DNA of 63,791 nt, the filler included, from Leucoraja erinacea (taxonomy: Eukaryota): NCBI RefSeq assembly GCF_028641065.1. It is 3 parts of 3 records of this genome, joined end to end, with 100 filler letters (N's around TTAATTAATTAA, not from the genome) between each part and the next. Parts side by side here need not be neighbours in the genome. Positions count along the whole stretch, not along the records: positions 1 to 31,932 come from NW_026575785.1; 2 more parts are not named here. One strand, given 5' to 3'. Shown here in pieces: positions 1 to 14,400 of this stretch; position 1 is the stretch's first letter, and each line of letters starts with the position of its first letter. The notes under the pieces are model-generated. The model was not told the origin of the DNA. It worked only from the letters and a program-made list of their open reading frames with translations, and searched no databases. Both the position numbers and the translations under genes were made by a program.

Positions 1-2880
1 CCCTCCATCCCTCTCTCTTCTGTTGTTCCTCCGCTTTCCCCTTCTTCTTGTTTCTTCCCCTCCCTTTCCCCCCTTTCTCTCCTTTTTTCCCCCCCTCTTC
101 TTTCTTCTTCCCTTCCCTCCCTTTTTTCTCCTCCCCCCCCCCCCCCTCTTTGGGCCCCCTTTTTCCTCATTCCCTCCTTTCCCTCTTCTTTTTTCCGCCC
201 CCTTTTTCTCTCCCTCCTCCCCATCTCCTTTTCCCTCCTTCTCCCCCTCCCTTCCCTCTTCATCCCCTCCCATTTCACCTCTTCCCCCCTCTCCAAGATC
301 CCTGTAGGTACCCCCCTCCTCCTCTCTCTGGTCCTGCCATCCCTCCCCTTCCTTCCCTTTGACTCCACTCCCTCCCTTCCCTCCCCTCCCCTTCTTCTCC
401 TTTCCCCCTCCTCCCCCTTTATTCTCCCTCCACCTTTCCCCCTTCCTCCTCTAATCTCCCCTTCTCCTTCCTCCCTCTCCCTCCTTTCCCCTCTCCCTCC
501 TCTTTCCGACCCTTCCTCTTCCCCCCTTTTTGATCCTCTTCCTCCCCCTCTTTTCTCTCCTTCCTCTCTTCTCCTTCCCCTTCCCTTTTTTCTCTCTCTC
601 CCTCTCTCCTCTTCTCTTCCTCCTCTCCTCCCCTTCCTCTTCCTCTCTCCGCTTCCCTCTCCCATCCTCCCCCTCCCCCTCTCTCTCTTTTCCCCTCTCC
701 CCCCTCCCTTCCCTTCCTCTTTCCCATTTACACCTCCTCTCTATCTCCCCTCTCCCCTTCTTTTCTCCACCTTCTTCTTCTTTCCTCTCGTCCTCATCTT
801 CCTCTCCTCCCTCTCTCTCCCCCTTTTTTTTCTTCCTTCTCTCTCCTTCTCTCTTTTCCTTTCGCCCCCTTCTCTTTTTTGTCCTTCTCCTATCCCTTCT
901 TCCTTTCTCCTTTTCCTCTCCCTCACCCCTCCTCCCCCCCTCTCCCCCCCACCTTCCCTTTCCCTTCTTCCCTCTCTTTCCCTTCTCTTTTACTCCCCCC
1001 CCCCCCCCTCTCCCCTCTCCTCTCTTCCCCCCTCCCCCTCCCTCCCTCCCCCCCTCCCCCCTCTTCTCTATCCTCCTTCTCCTCTCTCCCTCCCTCTTTC
1101 TCCCCTCTTACTCTCCTCCCTCTCCTCTCTCCCCCCCCCTTTCTTCCCTTTTCCCTCCCTCCTTTTCACTCTCTCCACTCCTCTCCTCTCCTCTCCTTCC
1201 CTCCTCTCTTCTCTCTCTTCACCCCCCCTTTCTCACACTACCCTCTCTCCTTCTCCACCCTCCTCCTCTCCCTCTCCTCTCCCCCTCCTCCTCCTTCCTC
1301 TCCTCCTCCATCCCCCTTTTCTCCTCTCCCCTCCCTTTCCCATCCCTCTCCTCTCTCCCCCTTTTAACCCTCCTTCCCCCTCCTCCCACTTTTTTTTCCT
1401 CCTTCTTCCCCTCTCCCCCTCCCTCCTCTCCTTCCTCTCTCCATCCCTCTCTCCTCGCCTCCCCTCCCCTCTCCTTCTCCCCAAATACTCCTCTCCTCTC
1501 CCCATTCCCCTTTTCCCCCCCTCAGCTCTTTAGTCCCTTCTTTCCTCCATCCTTTCCTCTATCTCTCCTCTCCTCTCCATCCCTTCTCTCCTCTCCCTCC
1601 TTTTCATCTCCCTGTCACCTCATCCTTCCCCTCTCCCCCCTCCCTCCTCCTCCCTCTCTCTCTCCTTCCCATCCTCTCTTTCCCTCCTCCCTCTCCTTCC
1701 TCTCTCCTCTCCCCCTCTCTCATCCTACCCCATCCTTCTCACCGCCCTCTCTCTCCCTTCTCCCTCCCCATCCCATCCTCTCTCCCCCTCTCCTCCTTTT
1801 CTTCCTTTTCTCCTCTCCTGCACCTCTATCTCCCCCTCTTTCCCTCTCCTCCCACACCTCTCCTCTCCCCTATTCTCCTCTCCCCCTTCTCCATTTATCT
1901 CCCCTCCTTCACCCTCTCTCTTCCACTTTCCCTCCCTCTTCTGTCCCCTCCTTTTCCCCCTTCCTCCCCCTCCTTTCTCCCCTCTTTTCCTTCCATTCGC
2001 ACCCTATCTCCTCCCCTCTCCTCCCCTCTCCTCCCTCCCCTCTTTTCCCTCCTTTCTTTCCCTCCTCTCTCCTTTTTCCCTCCTCTCCTCCTCAATCCTT
2101 CATTTATCTCTCGATCTCCCTCTCCCCCCTCTCCTCTCATCCTCCCTCTCCTTTACCCCTCCTCTCCCTGATGTTTTCCATCTCCCTCCCTCTCTCCCCC
2201 CTCTCTTTCCACTCCTCCCCTTTCTTCCCTCCCTCTCCTCCCTCTCTTTCACCTCCCCCTTCCACCCCTCTCCTCTCCCCTCTTTCTCCTCCTCCTCCTT
2301 CTCGCCTCCTCTCTCTCCTCCACCTCTCTTCCCCTCTTTTTCTCCCATTCTATCAGAGCTCCCTTTTTTCTTTCCTCCTTCCCTCCCCTCTCCCTCCTCC
2401 TCCTCTAGTCCTCCTCTCCCCCTCTTTCCCCATTTTCCTCCCCTCCTTTTCCTTTTTTTCCTCTCCCCTTCCACTCCCTTTTTCTCCCTCCCTCCCCCTA
2501 TCTCCTCTCCTCTCCTCTCACTCCCCTCTTCCTTTTTTTCATCCTCTCAGCTTCCTTTTCTCCCTTTTCCACTCCCCTTTTCCCCTCCCCTCCCCTTTCC
2601 ACCTTCACTCCTTCCCTCTCCTCCCCCCCTCCTCTCCCCTCCTCTCTCTCCTCCCCTCTCTCCTCTCCTCCTCCCCTCTTCCTCTCCTTTCCTTCCCTCC
2701 CTCTCCTCTTCCTTTCCTTCCTTCCATCCCTTTCCTCTCCCTCTTCTCCTCCTTTCCCTTCCCCTCCCCCTCTCCCTCTCCTCTCCTCTCTCTCCCTTTC
2801 CCTCCCCCCCACTCTCCTCTCTCTCCCTCTATCTCTCTCTCTCCCTCTCTCCTCTCCCCCCTTCTCTCCCTCCACTCTTT
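1..2880. repeat. Long C/T polypyrimidine low-complexity tract
   Basis: Almost exclusively C/T with no fixed period; runs up to a gap. Confidence 0.9.
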
Positions 2881-3617
2881 CGGCGCCGCCGCCATTTTCT
2901 CACCCTTGTTGTTGTTGATCTTCCCCCCGATCCAACGCGCTGACGTGTATCACGTCACCTAGCGTCACGTCACGTCACCTAGCGTCACGTCACGGCCGNN
3001 NNNNNNNNNNNNNNNNNNNNNNNNNNNNNNNNNNNNNNNNNNNNNNNNNNNNNNNNNNNNNNNNNNNNNNNNNNNNNNNNNNNNNNNNNNNNNNNNNNNN
3101 NNNNNNNNNNNNNNNNNNNNNNNNNNNNNNNNNNNNNNNNNNNNNNNNNNNNNNNNNNNNNNNNNNNNNNNNNNNNNNNNNNNNNNNNNNNNNNNNNNNN
3201 NNNNNNNNNNNNNNNNNNNNNNNNNNNNNNNNNNNNNNNNNNNNNNNNNNNNNNNNNNNNNNNNNNNNNNNNNNNNNNNNNNNNNNNNNNNNNNNNNNNN
3301 NNNNNNNNNNNNNNNNNNNNNNNNNNNNNNNNNNNNNNNNNNNNNNNNNNNNNNNNNNNNNNNNNNNNNNNNNNNNNNNNNNNNNNNNNNNNNNNNNNNN
3401 NNNNNNNNNNNNNNNNNNNNNNNNNNNNNNNNNNNNNNNNNNNNNNNNNNNNNNNNNNNNNNNNNNNNNNNNNNNNNNNNNNNNNNNNNNNNNNNNNNNN
3501 NNNNNNNNNNNNNNNNNNNNNNNNNNNNNTTCAAGATAGATTTAATTGTCACATGTGCCAGATGGCACAGTGAAATGAATTCCCATACAGCCATACAATA
3601 AAAATAAACAGGACTCA

Positions 3618-4210
3618 ACAGGGTCTTGGTGAGACCACACATGGAGTATTGCGTACAGTTTTGGTCTCCAAATCTGAGGAAGGACATTATTGCCATAGAG
3701 GGAGTACAGAGACGGTTCACCAGACTGATTCCTGGGATGTCAGGACTGTCTTATGAAGAAAGACTGGATAGACTTGGTTTGTACTCTCTAGAATTTAGAA
3801 GATTGAGGGGGGATCTTATAGAAACGTACAAAATTCTTAAGGGGTGGACAGGCTAGATGCAGGAAGATTGTTCCCGATGTTGGGGAAGTCCTGGACAAGG
3901 GGTCACAGCTTAAGGATAAGGGGGAAATCCTTTAGGGCCAAGATGAGGAAAACTTTTTTCACACAGAGAGTGGTGAATCTCTGGAACTCTCTGCCGCAGA
4001 GGGCAGTTGAGGCCAGTTCATTGACTATATTTAAGAGGGAGTTAGATGTGGCCCTTGTGGCTAAAGGGATCAGGGGGTATGGAGAGAAGGCAGGTACAGG
4101 ATACTGAGTTGGATGATCAGCCACGATCATATTAAATGGCGAATGGTGCAGGCTCGAAGGGCCGAATGGCCTCTACTCCTGCACCTATTTTCTATGTTGC
4201 TATGTTTCTA
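3618..4210 (+). mobile_element. CR1/HER1-type LINE 3' fragment
   Basis: [14 protein letters not shown]...[15 protein letters not shown]...[14 protein letters not shown] with a CTATGTTT-type tail. Confidence 0.9.
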
Positions 4211-5438
4211 TATACACACATGAATAAATAAACTGATAAAGAGCAAATAACAGACAGTGGTTATTAATGTTCAGAGTTTTGTCCGAGCCAGGTTTAATAG
4301 CCTGATGGCTGTGGGGAAGTAGCTATTCCTGAACCTGGACGTTGCAGTCTTCAGGCTCCTGTACCTTCTACCTGATGGTAGCAGGGAGATGAGTGTGTGG
4401 CCAGGATGGTGTGTGGGTCCTTGATGATACTGCCAGACTTTTTGAGGCAGCGACTGCGATAGATCCCCTCGATGGAAGGAAGGTCAGAGCCGATGATATA
4501 CAGGTGCGCTCCTCCTTTTTTCTCTCCTTTTTTCTCTTTCCCATTATCCCAGAGTTTTGTGTTTAGGAAGTGTTGGTTTAGGGAGTCTGGTGATGTGCAC
4601 CTGCCCAAGGAAATAACTGAAAGTCATTAAGTTTCACCAGGCAGTAGAACCTCTCTCTCCCTCCATTCTCTTTTTATTTTTCTCATTCTTTCTTTCCCTC
4701 TCTCCATTATTTCTCTCCCTCCCTCTGTCATTTATCTCTTTCTTTTTCTCATTATTTCTTTCCCTCCATCCATCCCTCATTTCTCTCTTTCTTTTTCTCA
4801 TTATTTTTTTCCCTCCATCCCTCTCTCCCTTCCTCTCTTTCATTTTCCCATTTTATAATTTTATATGTTTCCATAAGATTCCCCCTCATCCTTCTAAACT
4901 CCAGTGAATACAAGCCTAGTCCAAACGCTTAATAATCTTATATGTTTCAATAAGATTCCCTCTCATCCTTCTAAACTCCAGAGTATACAAGCCCACAGCC
5001 GCTCCATTCTCTCAGCATCTGACAGTCCCGCCATCCCGGGAATTATAATTTCATATGTTTCTATAAGACCCCCCCACTCATCCTTCTAAACTCCAGTGAA
5101 TACAAGCCTAGTCTTTTCAATCTTTCCTCATATGACAGTCCCGCCATCCCAGGGATCGATCTGGTGAACCTACGCTGCACTGCCTCGATCACAAGGACGT
5201 CCTTCCTCAAATTAGGAGACCATTGGGAACATGTTTCCTGCCTCTAGTGTGTCCAAACCCTAAACAATCTTATATGTTTCAATAAGAATCCCTCTCATCC
5301 TTCTAAACTCCACAGAGTGTACAAGCCCAGCCGCTCCACATTCTCTCAGCATTTGACAATCCCGCCATCCCGGGAATTAACCTGGTGAACCTACGCTGGG
5401 CTCCCTCAATAGCAAGAATAAAACTGACTGAACGTACC

Positions 5439-8400
5439 TTACGCAGAAGATTTCGTCAATCCATCAGCTGAAAAAAAAAAACATGAAGTACAAGTTCAGT
5501 TTATTGTCACGTGTACCAAGGAACAGTTGAAGGGAAGGAAATAGACGACGTTTCCGGTCTGAAGAAGGGTCTCGACCCAAAACGTCACCTATTCCTTTTT
5601 CATCACAGATCCTGCAGCCCTGCCCCGCTGAGTTACTCCAGCTTTTTGCATCTATATTCGAACCTATATACATAGCAAAAGGATTTGAGTGTTGGAGCAG
5701 GGAGGTTCTACTGCAGTTGTACAGGGTCTTGGTGAGACCACACCTGGAGTATTCCGTACAGTTTTGGTCTCCTAATCTGAGGAAGGACATTCTTGCCATA
5801 GAGGATTTGAGTCTAGGAGCAGGGAGGTTCTACTGCAGTTGTACAGGGTCTTGGTGAGACCACACCTGGAGTATTGTGTACAGTTTTGGTCTCCTAATCT
5901 GAGGAAGGACATTCTTGCCATAGAGGATTTGAGTATAGGAGCAGGGAGGTTCTACTGCAGTTGTACAGGGTCATATTGCCATAGAGGGAGTACAGAGAAG
6001 GTTCACCAGACTGATTCCTGGGATGGCAGGACTTTCATATGAAGAAAAAGACTGGATAGACTCGGTTTGTACTCGCTAGAATTTAGAAGATTGAAGGGGG
6101 GATCTTATAGAAACTTACAAAATTCTTAAGGGGTTGGACAGGCTAGATGCAGGAAGATTGTTCCCGATGTTGGGGAAGTCCAGGACAAGGGGCCACACAC
6201 ACAAGTTTAAGGGGGAAATCTTTTAGGACCGAGATGAGAAAAACATTTTTTTTCACACACAGAGAGTGGTGAATCTGTGGAACTCTCTGCCACAGAAGGT
6301 AGTTGAGGCCACACAGTTCATTGGCTATGTTTAAGAGGGAGTTAGATGTGGCCCTTGTGGCTAAAGGGATCAGGGGATGGAGAGAAGGCAGGTACAGGAT
6401 ACTGAGTTGGATGATCAGCCATGATCGTGTTGAATGGCGAATGGTGCAGGCTCGAAGGGCCGAAAGGCCTCTACTCCTGCACCTAGTGTCTATGTTTCTA
6501 TGTTTCTAAGTCTATTCCTGTGTCTTGTATTACCTGAATCTCCGCTGGAATCTGAGCTGTTGGACGTATTAGAGTGCACACTCCCACCGCATGTGTAGGA
6601 TCGGCATAACCCAGTCTCCTTATTGAAGCCTACTGTGGAAAGAGCAAAGTCACATTGTATTGCATTTCATTTATTACTGTCATAGAAACATAGACAATAG
6701 GTGCAGGAGTAGAGGCCATTCGAGCCTGCACCATCCGCCATTCAATACGATCACGGCTGATCATCCAACTCAGTATCCTGTACCTGCCTTCTCTCCATAC
6801 CCCCTGATCCCTTTAGCCACAAGGGCCACATCTAACACCCTCTTACAGCAGGCAGTAAAGAAAGCAAATGGTATGTTAGCTTTCATTGCAAAAGGATTTG
6901 AGTATAGGAGCAGGGAGGTTCTACTGCAGTTGTACAGGGTCTTGGTGAGACCACACCTGGAGTATTGCATACAGTTTTGGTCTCCAAATCTGAGGAAGGA
7001 CATTATTGCCATAGAGGGAGTGCAGAGACGGTTCACCAGACTGATTCCTGGGATGGCAGGACTGTCTTATGAAGAAAGACTGGATAGACTTGGTTTATAC
7101 TCTCTAGAATTTAGGAGATTGAGAGGGGATCTTATAGAAACTTACAAAATTATTAAGGGGTTGGACAGGCTACATGCAGGAAGATTGTTCCCGATGTTGG
7201 GGAAGTCCAGGACAAGGGGTCACAGCTTAAGGATAAGGGGGAAATCCTTTAAAACCGAGATGAGAAGAACTTTCTTCACACAGAGAGTGGTGAATCTCTG
7301 GAACTCTCTGCCACAGAGGGTAGTTGAGGCCAGTTCATTGGCTATATTTAAGAGGGAGTTAGATGTGGCCCTTGTGGCTAAGAGGATCAGGGGGTATGGA
7401 GAGAAGGCAGGTACGGGATACTGAGTTGGATGATCAGCCATGATCATATTGAATGGCGGTGCAGGCTCGAAGGGCCGAATGGCCTCTACTCCTGCACCTA
7501 ATTTCTATGTTTCTATGTTAAATATAGCCAATGAATTGTGGTGGCCTCAACTACCTTCTGTGGCAGAGAATTCCACAGATTCACCACTCTCTGTGTGTGA
7601 AAAAAAATGTTTTTCTCATCTCATCTCAGTCCTAAAAGATTTCCCCCTTATCCTTAAACTGTGTGTGTGTGGCCCCTTGTTCTGGACTTCCCCAACATCG
7701 GGAACAATCTTCCTGCATCTAGCCTGTCCAACCCCTTATGAATTTTGGGGGAGTCCAGAACCAGGGGCCACAGTTTAAGAATGACAAATAAATTGAATCT
7801 TGAATCTTGAATCTTGAGAATAAGGGGTCGGCCATTTAGAACGGAGACGAGGAAACACTTTTTCACACAGAGTTGTGAGTCTGTGGAATTCTCTGCTTCA
7901 GAAGGCGGTGGAGGCCGGTTCTCTGGGTGCTTTCAAGAGAGAGCTAGATAGGGCTCTTAAAGATAGCGGAGTCAGGGGATATGGGGAGAAGGCAGGAACG
8001 GGGTACTGATTGGGGATGATCAGCCACGATCACATTGAATGGCAGTGCTGACTCGAAGGGCCGAATGGCCTCTACTGCACCTAGTGTCTGTTGTCTATTG
8101 TCTAATTTGTGGAGACCAAATCACGGGATGGATTTAAGAGAATTAGATAGAGCTCTAGGGGCTAGTGGAGTCAAGGGATGTGGGGAGAAGGCAGGCACGG
8201 GTTATTGATTATGGATGATCAGCCATGATCGCAATGAATGGCGGTGCTGGCTCGAAGGGCCGAATGGCCTCCTCCTGCACCTATTTTCTATGTTTCGATG
8301 TTTCTGATGGAAGATGGGGTGGTATATTATGCTTGTATAAAAGCTATTGAGACTTTTGGCTCACCTGTTGGAGTAACACCTGACTTCGTTCCACCTGTGC

Positions 8401-11400
8401 AAAGAAGTAAAGAGAATACATATTTCGTATCAATATTGAAACAAGCTCCTCAAGTTCCTATTAAATCTTCCCCCCCCTCACGTTAAACCTGCAGTATGAC
8501 GTTTAGTTCTTAATTCCCCTACTCTGGGCAAAAGAACTGTGCGTCTACCCGATCTATTCCTCTCATGAGCTTATACACCTCCATAAATTTACTCCGTATC
8601 AAGTAAGCATGCAGGTACAGCAGGCAGTGAAGAAAGCCAATGACCTGTTGGCCTTTATAACTAGAGGAGTTGAGTACAGGAGCAAAGAGGTCCTTCTGCA
8701 GTTGTACAGGGCCCTGGTGAGACCATACCTGGAGTATTGTGTGCAGTTTTGGCCTGTTGGCTTTCATAACAAGAGGAGTTGAATACAGGAGCAAAGAGGT
8801 CCTTCTGCAGTTGTACAGGGCCCTGGTGAGACCACACCTGGAGTATTGTGTGCAGTTTTGGTCAGAACAAGAGGAGTTGAGTATAGGAGCAAAGAGGTCC
8901 TTCTGCAGTTGTACAGGGCCCTGGTGAAACCACACCTGGAGTATTGTGTGCAGTTTTGGCCCATTGGCCTTCATAACAAGAGAAGTCGAGTATAGGAGCA
9001 AAGAGGTCCTTCTGCAGTTGTACAGGGCCCTGGTGAGACCACACCTGGAGTATTGTTTTGGTCATAACAAGAGGAGTTGAGTACAGGAGCAAAGAGGTCC
9101 TTCTGCAGTTGTACAGGGCCCTGGTGAGGCCACACCTGGAGTATAGTGTGCAGTTTTGGTCTGCTAATTTGAGGAAGGACATCAGGGACCTGTACAACTG
9201 CTGAAGGACCTCTTTGCTCCTATATTCGACTCCTCTTGTTATAAAGGCCAACACGCCATTGGCTTTCTTCACTGCCTGCTGCACCTGCATGCTTACTTTC
9301 ATAGACTGATGTACAAGGACCCCCAGATCCCCTTTTCCCAACTTCCCAATTTAGATAGTAGACTTAACCTACCATGTAAGAGCCAGCAATGAATCACCGT
9401 GGCCACCACCGATGCGGAGATTCCCAGTATTCCCATTACACTTCCGATGATAATCAAGGCTTCATTCGACACTGCCAGGTTGCGTTCTGTTGAGAAGACA
9501 CTTTGTGAAGTGCAAATAACTATTCAGTTAGAGTTTCGAGATACAGCAAGAGTTTCGAGATACGCCCCAGAATTTAGATAGTCTGGCACATTGGCCTTCT
9601 TCAATTCCTGGACCAGAACACCGATGCAATTATCAAGAAAGCACATCAGCGCCTCTACTTCCTGAGAAGATTACGGAGAGTCGGTTTGTCGAGGAGGACT
9701 CTCTCGAACTTCTACAGGTGCACAGTAGAGAGCATGCTGACCAGTTGCATCGTGGCTTGGTTCGGCAATTTGAGCGCCCTGGAGAGGGAGAGACTACAAA
9801 AAGTAGTAAACACTGCCCAGTCCATCATCGGCTCTGACCTTCCTTCCATCGAGGGGATTTATCGCAGTCGCTGCCTCAAAAAGGCTGGCAGTATCATCAA
9901 GGACCCACACACCATCCTGGCCACACACTCATCTCCCTGCTACCTTCAGAAGAAGGTACAGGAGCCTGAAGACCGCAACGTCCAGGTTCAGGAATATCTA
10001 CTTCCCCACAGGTTCAGGAATAGCTACTTCCCCACAGCCATCAGGCTATTAAACCTGGCTCGGACAAAACTCTGATTATTAATAGCCCATTATCTGTTAT
10101 TTGCACCTTATCAGTTTATTTATTCATGTGTGTGTATATATTTATATCATGGTATATGGACACACTGATCTGTTCTGTAGTAAATGCCGTCTATGTTCTG
10201 TTGTGCTGAAGCAAAGCAAGAATTTCATTGTCCTATACAGGGACACATGACAATAAACTCCCTTATCTGGATGAGGGAATTGAAGGCAATATCTCCAAGT
10301 TTGCAGATGACACGAAGCTGGGGGGCAGTGTTAGCTGTGAGGAGGATGCTAGGAGACTGCAAGGTGACTTGGATAGGCTGGGTGAGTGGGCAAATGTTTG
10401 GCAGATGCAGTATAATGTGGATAAATGTGAGGTTATCCATTTTGGTGGCAAAAACAGGAAAGCAGACTATTATCTAAATGGTGGCCGACTAGGAAAAGGG
10501 GAGATGCAGCGAGACCTGGGTGTCATGGTACCCCAGTCATTGAAAGTAGGCATGCAGGTGCAGCAGGCAGTGAAGAAAGCGAATGGTATGTTAGCTTTCA
10601 TAGCAAAAGGATTTGAGTATAGGAGCAGGGAGGTTCTACTGCAGTTGTACAGGGTCTTGGTGAGACCACACCTGGAGTACTGCGTACAGTTTTGGTCTCC
10701 AAATCTGAGGAAGGACATTATTGCCATAGAGGGAGTGCAGAGAAGGTTCACCAGACTGATTCCTGGGGTGTCAGGACGGTCTTATGAAGAAAGACTGGAT
10801 TGACTTGGTTTATACTCTAGAATTTAGGAGACTGAGAGGGGATCTTATAGAAACTTACAAAATTCTTAAGGGGTTGGACAGGCTAGATGCAGGAAGATTG
10901 TTCCCGATGTTGGGGAAGTCCAGGACAAGGGGTCACAGCTTAAGGATAAGGGGGGAAATCCTTTAAAACCGAGATGAGAAGAACTTTTTTTCACACAGAG
11001 AGTGGTGAATTCTCTGGAACTCTCTGCCGCAGAGGGTAGTCGAGGCCACAGTTCATTGGCTATATTTAAGAGGGAGTTAGATGTGGCCCTTGTGGCTAAG
11101 GGGATCAGGGGGTATGGAGAGAAGGCAGGTACGGGATACTGAGTTGGATGATCAGCCATGATCATATTGAATGGCGAATGGTGCAGGCTCGAAGGGCCGA
11201 ATGGCCTCTACTCCTGCACCTAATTTCTATATTTCTATGTTTCTAAACTCTCTTGAGTCTTGAGTATTCTGGCACTGTGTCGATCGTCAGGCCTGCTGTG
11301 ATCTTTTCACGAATATGTATCACTTACCTAGAGGTATGAAGAGCTTCCCCTTGAGGGCCTCGTGTTCCACTTGACAGACGTACGTCCCGCGATGGCCGTT

Positions 11401-14400
11401 TAGCGGGAGCACGCTCCTGACTTGGAAAGTCCCGTCCCTTTGAGGGACCACGTCGACAGTCTCCTGCCCCTTCTTCACCAGCTCTCCGTCTCTGACCCAG
11501 CTCACATTGACGTGGCGGGGGAAGAACCCACTCGCCTGGCACACCAGGTAGCCTTGTGCCAGCCTCCTCCGGGTGTAAGCCCTGGTGTAGGTCGGAGCTG
11601 CACAAACATCGGGGGGGAACGAGGCACAGGTTGAAAGCAGCTTGGATTAGAGACACAGAGAAACATAGACAATAGGTGCAGGAGTAGAGGCCATTCGGCC
11701 CTTCGAGCCAGCACCGCCATTCAATGTGATCATGGCTGATCATCCCCAATCAGTACCCCGTTCCTGCCTTCTCCCCACATCCCCTGACTCCGCTATCTTT
11801 AAGAGCCCTATCTAGCTCTCTCTTGAAAGCATCCAGAGAACATGCCTCCACCGCCCTCTGAGGCAGAGAATTCCACAGACTCACAACTCTCTGTGAGAAA
11901 AAGTGTTTCCTCGTCTCCGTTCTAAATGGCTTACTCCTTATTCTTAAACTGTGTGTGTGTGTGGCCCCTGGTTCTGGACTCCCCCAACATCGGGAACATG
12001 TTTCCTGCCTCTAGCGTGTCTCCAGGTGTGGTCTCATATCTTATAGAAACTTACAAAATTCTTAAAGGGTTGGACAGGCTAGATGCAGGAAGATTGTTCC
12101 CGATGTTGGGGAAGTCCAGAACAAGGGGTCACAGTATAGGGGACCAAAACTGTACGCAATACTCCAGGTGTGGTCTCACCAAGACCCTGTACAACTGCAG
12201 TAGAACCGAGTCTATCCAGTCTTTCTTCATATCGAGAGCCTGCTGACATACTGCATTACAGCATGGTATGGCAGCTGCACCATGGCAGACAGGTAGAGGC
12301 TTCAGAGGGTAACCAGGTCAGCGCAGAGGATCATTGGCTGCCCTCTCCCCTCCCTGATGGACATCTACACCTCCCGCTGCCTTAGCAGGGCAAAGAAGAT
12401 CATCAAAGACAGCTCCCATCCTGCGTTTGGACTGTTCGACCTGCTGCCCTCTGGAAGGCGCTATAGGTGCATCAAATCCAGGACAAACAGACTCAGGAAT
12501 AGTTGCTTTCCGAGAATTATATCTACCATAAATTCAAATTCACACATGCACTGACTACAACGCCCAACACGGACTTCCATCTGTATATATGTATATATGA
12601 ATGTAGCGCCGCAGAATTTGTGCACCTATATTCCCCCCCCCCCCCCATCTCCCTTCCGTTTTTTGTTTTTTCTGTTTCTTGTTTTTTGTGCTAAATTGTA
12701 TGTATGCACTGAGTACGAGCAGCTTTCAGTTTCACTGTACATGTATAGTGACAATAAATGGCATATCTAAATATCTAAATATGAAAGTCCTGACGTCCCA
12801 CCCTGACTTGACTTGAACGGGGTGAGGAGGGAAAGACAGGTGGACAAAAATGCTGGAGAAACTCAGCGGGTGAGGCAGCATCTATGGGACACCGACCTCT
12901 CCTCTCCTGGGTGACGTTGGTGAGGGCAGCCAGGCGTTTGATTTTATCGCAGAGAACGGACACCAGTTGGGGGACGGCCTTCACGAAGTGGGGGTTGGCG
13001 TTGCGCCCGTTTACCAGCGACTGGGCGTAGGGCTGGGTGGCGATGAACGACATGTTGCCCAGCTGGTAGTACACGATGGTCTCTCCATCGTAGCCGTCTA
13101 CCCAAAGCACGACCGTCTGCTGACCCCGCTGTCTGCAGCCACAAAGCTGGTGCATAACATGCAGGCCTGCAACGAAACACAACACAATCTTACTTAGTTC
13201 ACGGGCTCGTAAGATGTGTAAGAAAGTGCCGGTAAAATCGAAGGTATAACTACTGGCTGCTAACAAGTGCTTACAGTGGCAGTTAACAAATTGATCGGCA
13301 CAAAATACAGGAGTAACTCAGCGGGTCAGGCAGCATCTCGCGAAACATGTTCCCGATGTTGGGGGAGTCCAGAACCAGGGGCCACACACATACACACAGT
13401 TTAAGAATAGGATTGAGGAAAGATTGAAAAGACTCGGCTTGACTTCAGAATGAAAAGACAGAAGTTTAGGGGTAACATGTTTAGGGAACTTCTTTACTCA
13501 GAGAGTGGTAGCGGTGTGGAATGAGCTTCCGGTGGAAGTGGTGGAGGCAGGTTCGTTGGTATCATTTAAAAATAAATTGGATAGGAATATGGATGAGAAG
13601 GGAATGGAGGGTTATTGAAAGTAGTCATTGAAAGTAGGCATGCAGGTGCAGCAGGCAGTGAAGAAAGCGAATGGTATGTTAGCTTTCATTGCAAAAGGAT
13701 TTGAGTCTAGGAGCAGGGAGGTTCTACTGCAGTTGTACAGAGACCACACCTGGAGTATTGCGTACAGTTTTGGTCTCCAAATCTGAGGAAGGACATTATT
13801 GCCATAGAGGGAGTGCAGAGACGGTTCACCAGACTGATTCCTGGGATGTCAGGACTGTCTTATGAAGAAAGACTGGATAGACTTGGTTTATACTCTCTAG
13901 AATTTAGGAGACTGAGAGGGGATCTTATAGAAACTTACAAAATTCTTAAGGGGTTGGACAGGCTAGATGCAGGAAGATTGCTCCCGATGTTGGGGAAGTC
14001 CAGGACAAGGGGTCACAGCTTAAGGATAAGGGGGTAATCCTTTAAAACTGAGATGAGAAGAACTTTTTTCACACACAGAGTGGTGAATCTCTGGAACTCT
14101 CTGCCACAGAGGGTAGTTGAGGTCACAGTTCATTGGCTATATTTAAGAGGGAGTTAGATGTGGCCCTTGTGGCTAAGGGGATCAGGGGTTATGGAGAGAA
14201 GGTAGGTATGGAATACTGAAATGGATGATCAGCCATGATCATATTGAATGGCGGTGCAGGCTCGAAGGGCCGAATGGCCTCTACTCCTGCACCTAATTTC
14301 TATGTTTCTATGTTTCTATGTTAACAAATCGTTCGGCACAAAATACAGGAGTAACTCAGCGGGTCAGGCAGCATCTCGCGAAACATGTTCCCGATGTTGG

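Noticed and set aside
530-2962. 810-aa Pro/Leu/Ser/Phe ORF and antisense Gly/Glu/Arg ORFs
   Set aside because: A C/T-only tract rarely contains stop codons; aperiodic, gap-adjacent and possibly low-quality sequence
11328-13166. Classical MHC class I heavy chain
   Set aside because: No alpha1 exon is visible between the leader (15000) and 13166, which is nearly all repeat; the TM is class II-style and peptide anchors are absent
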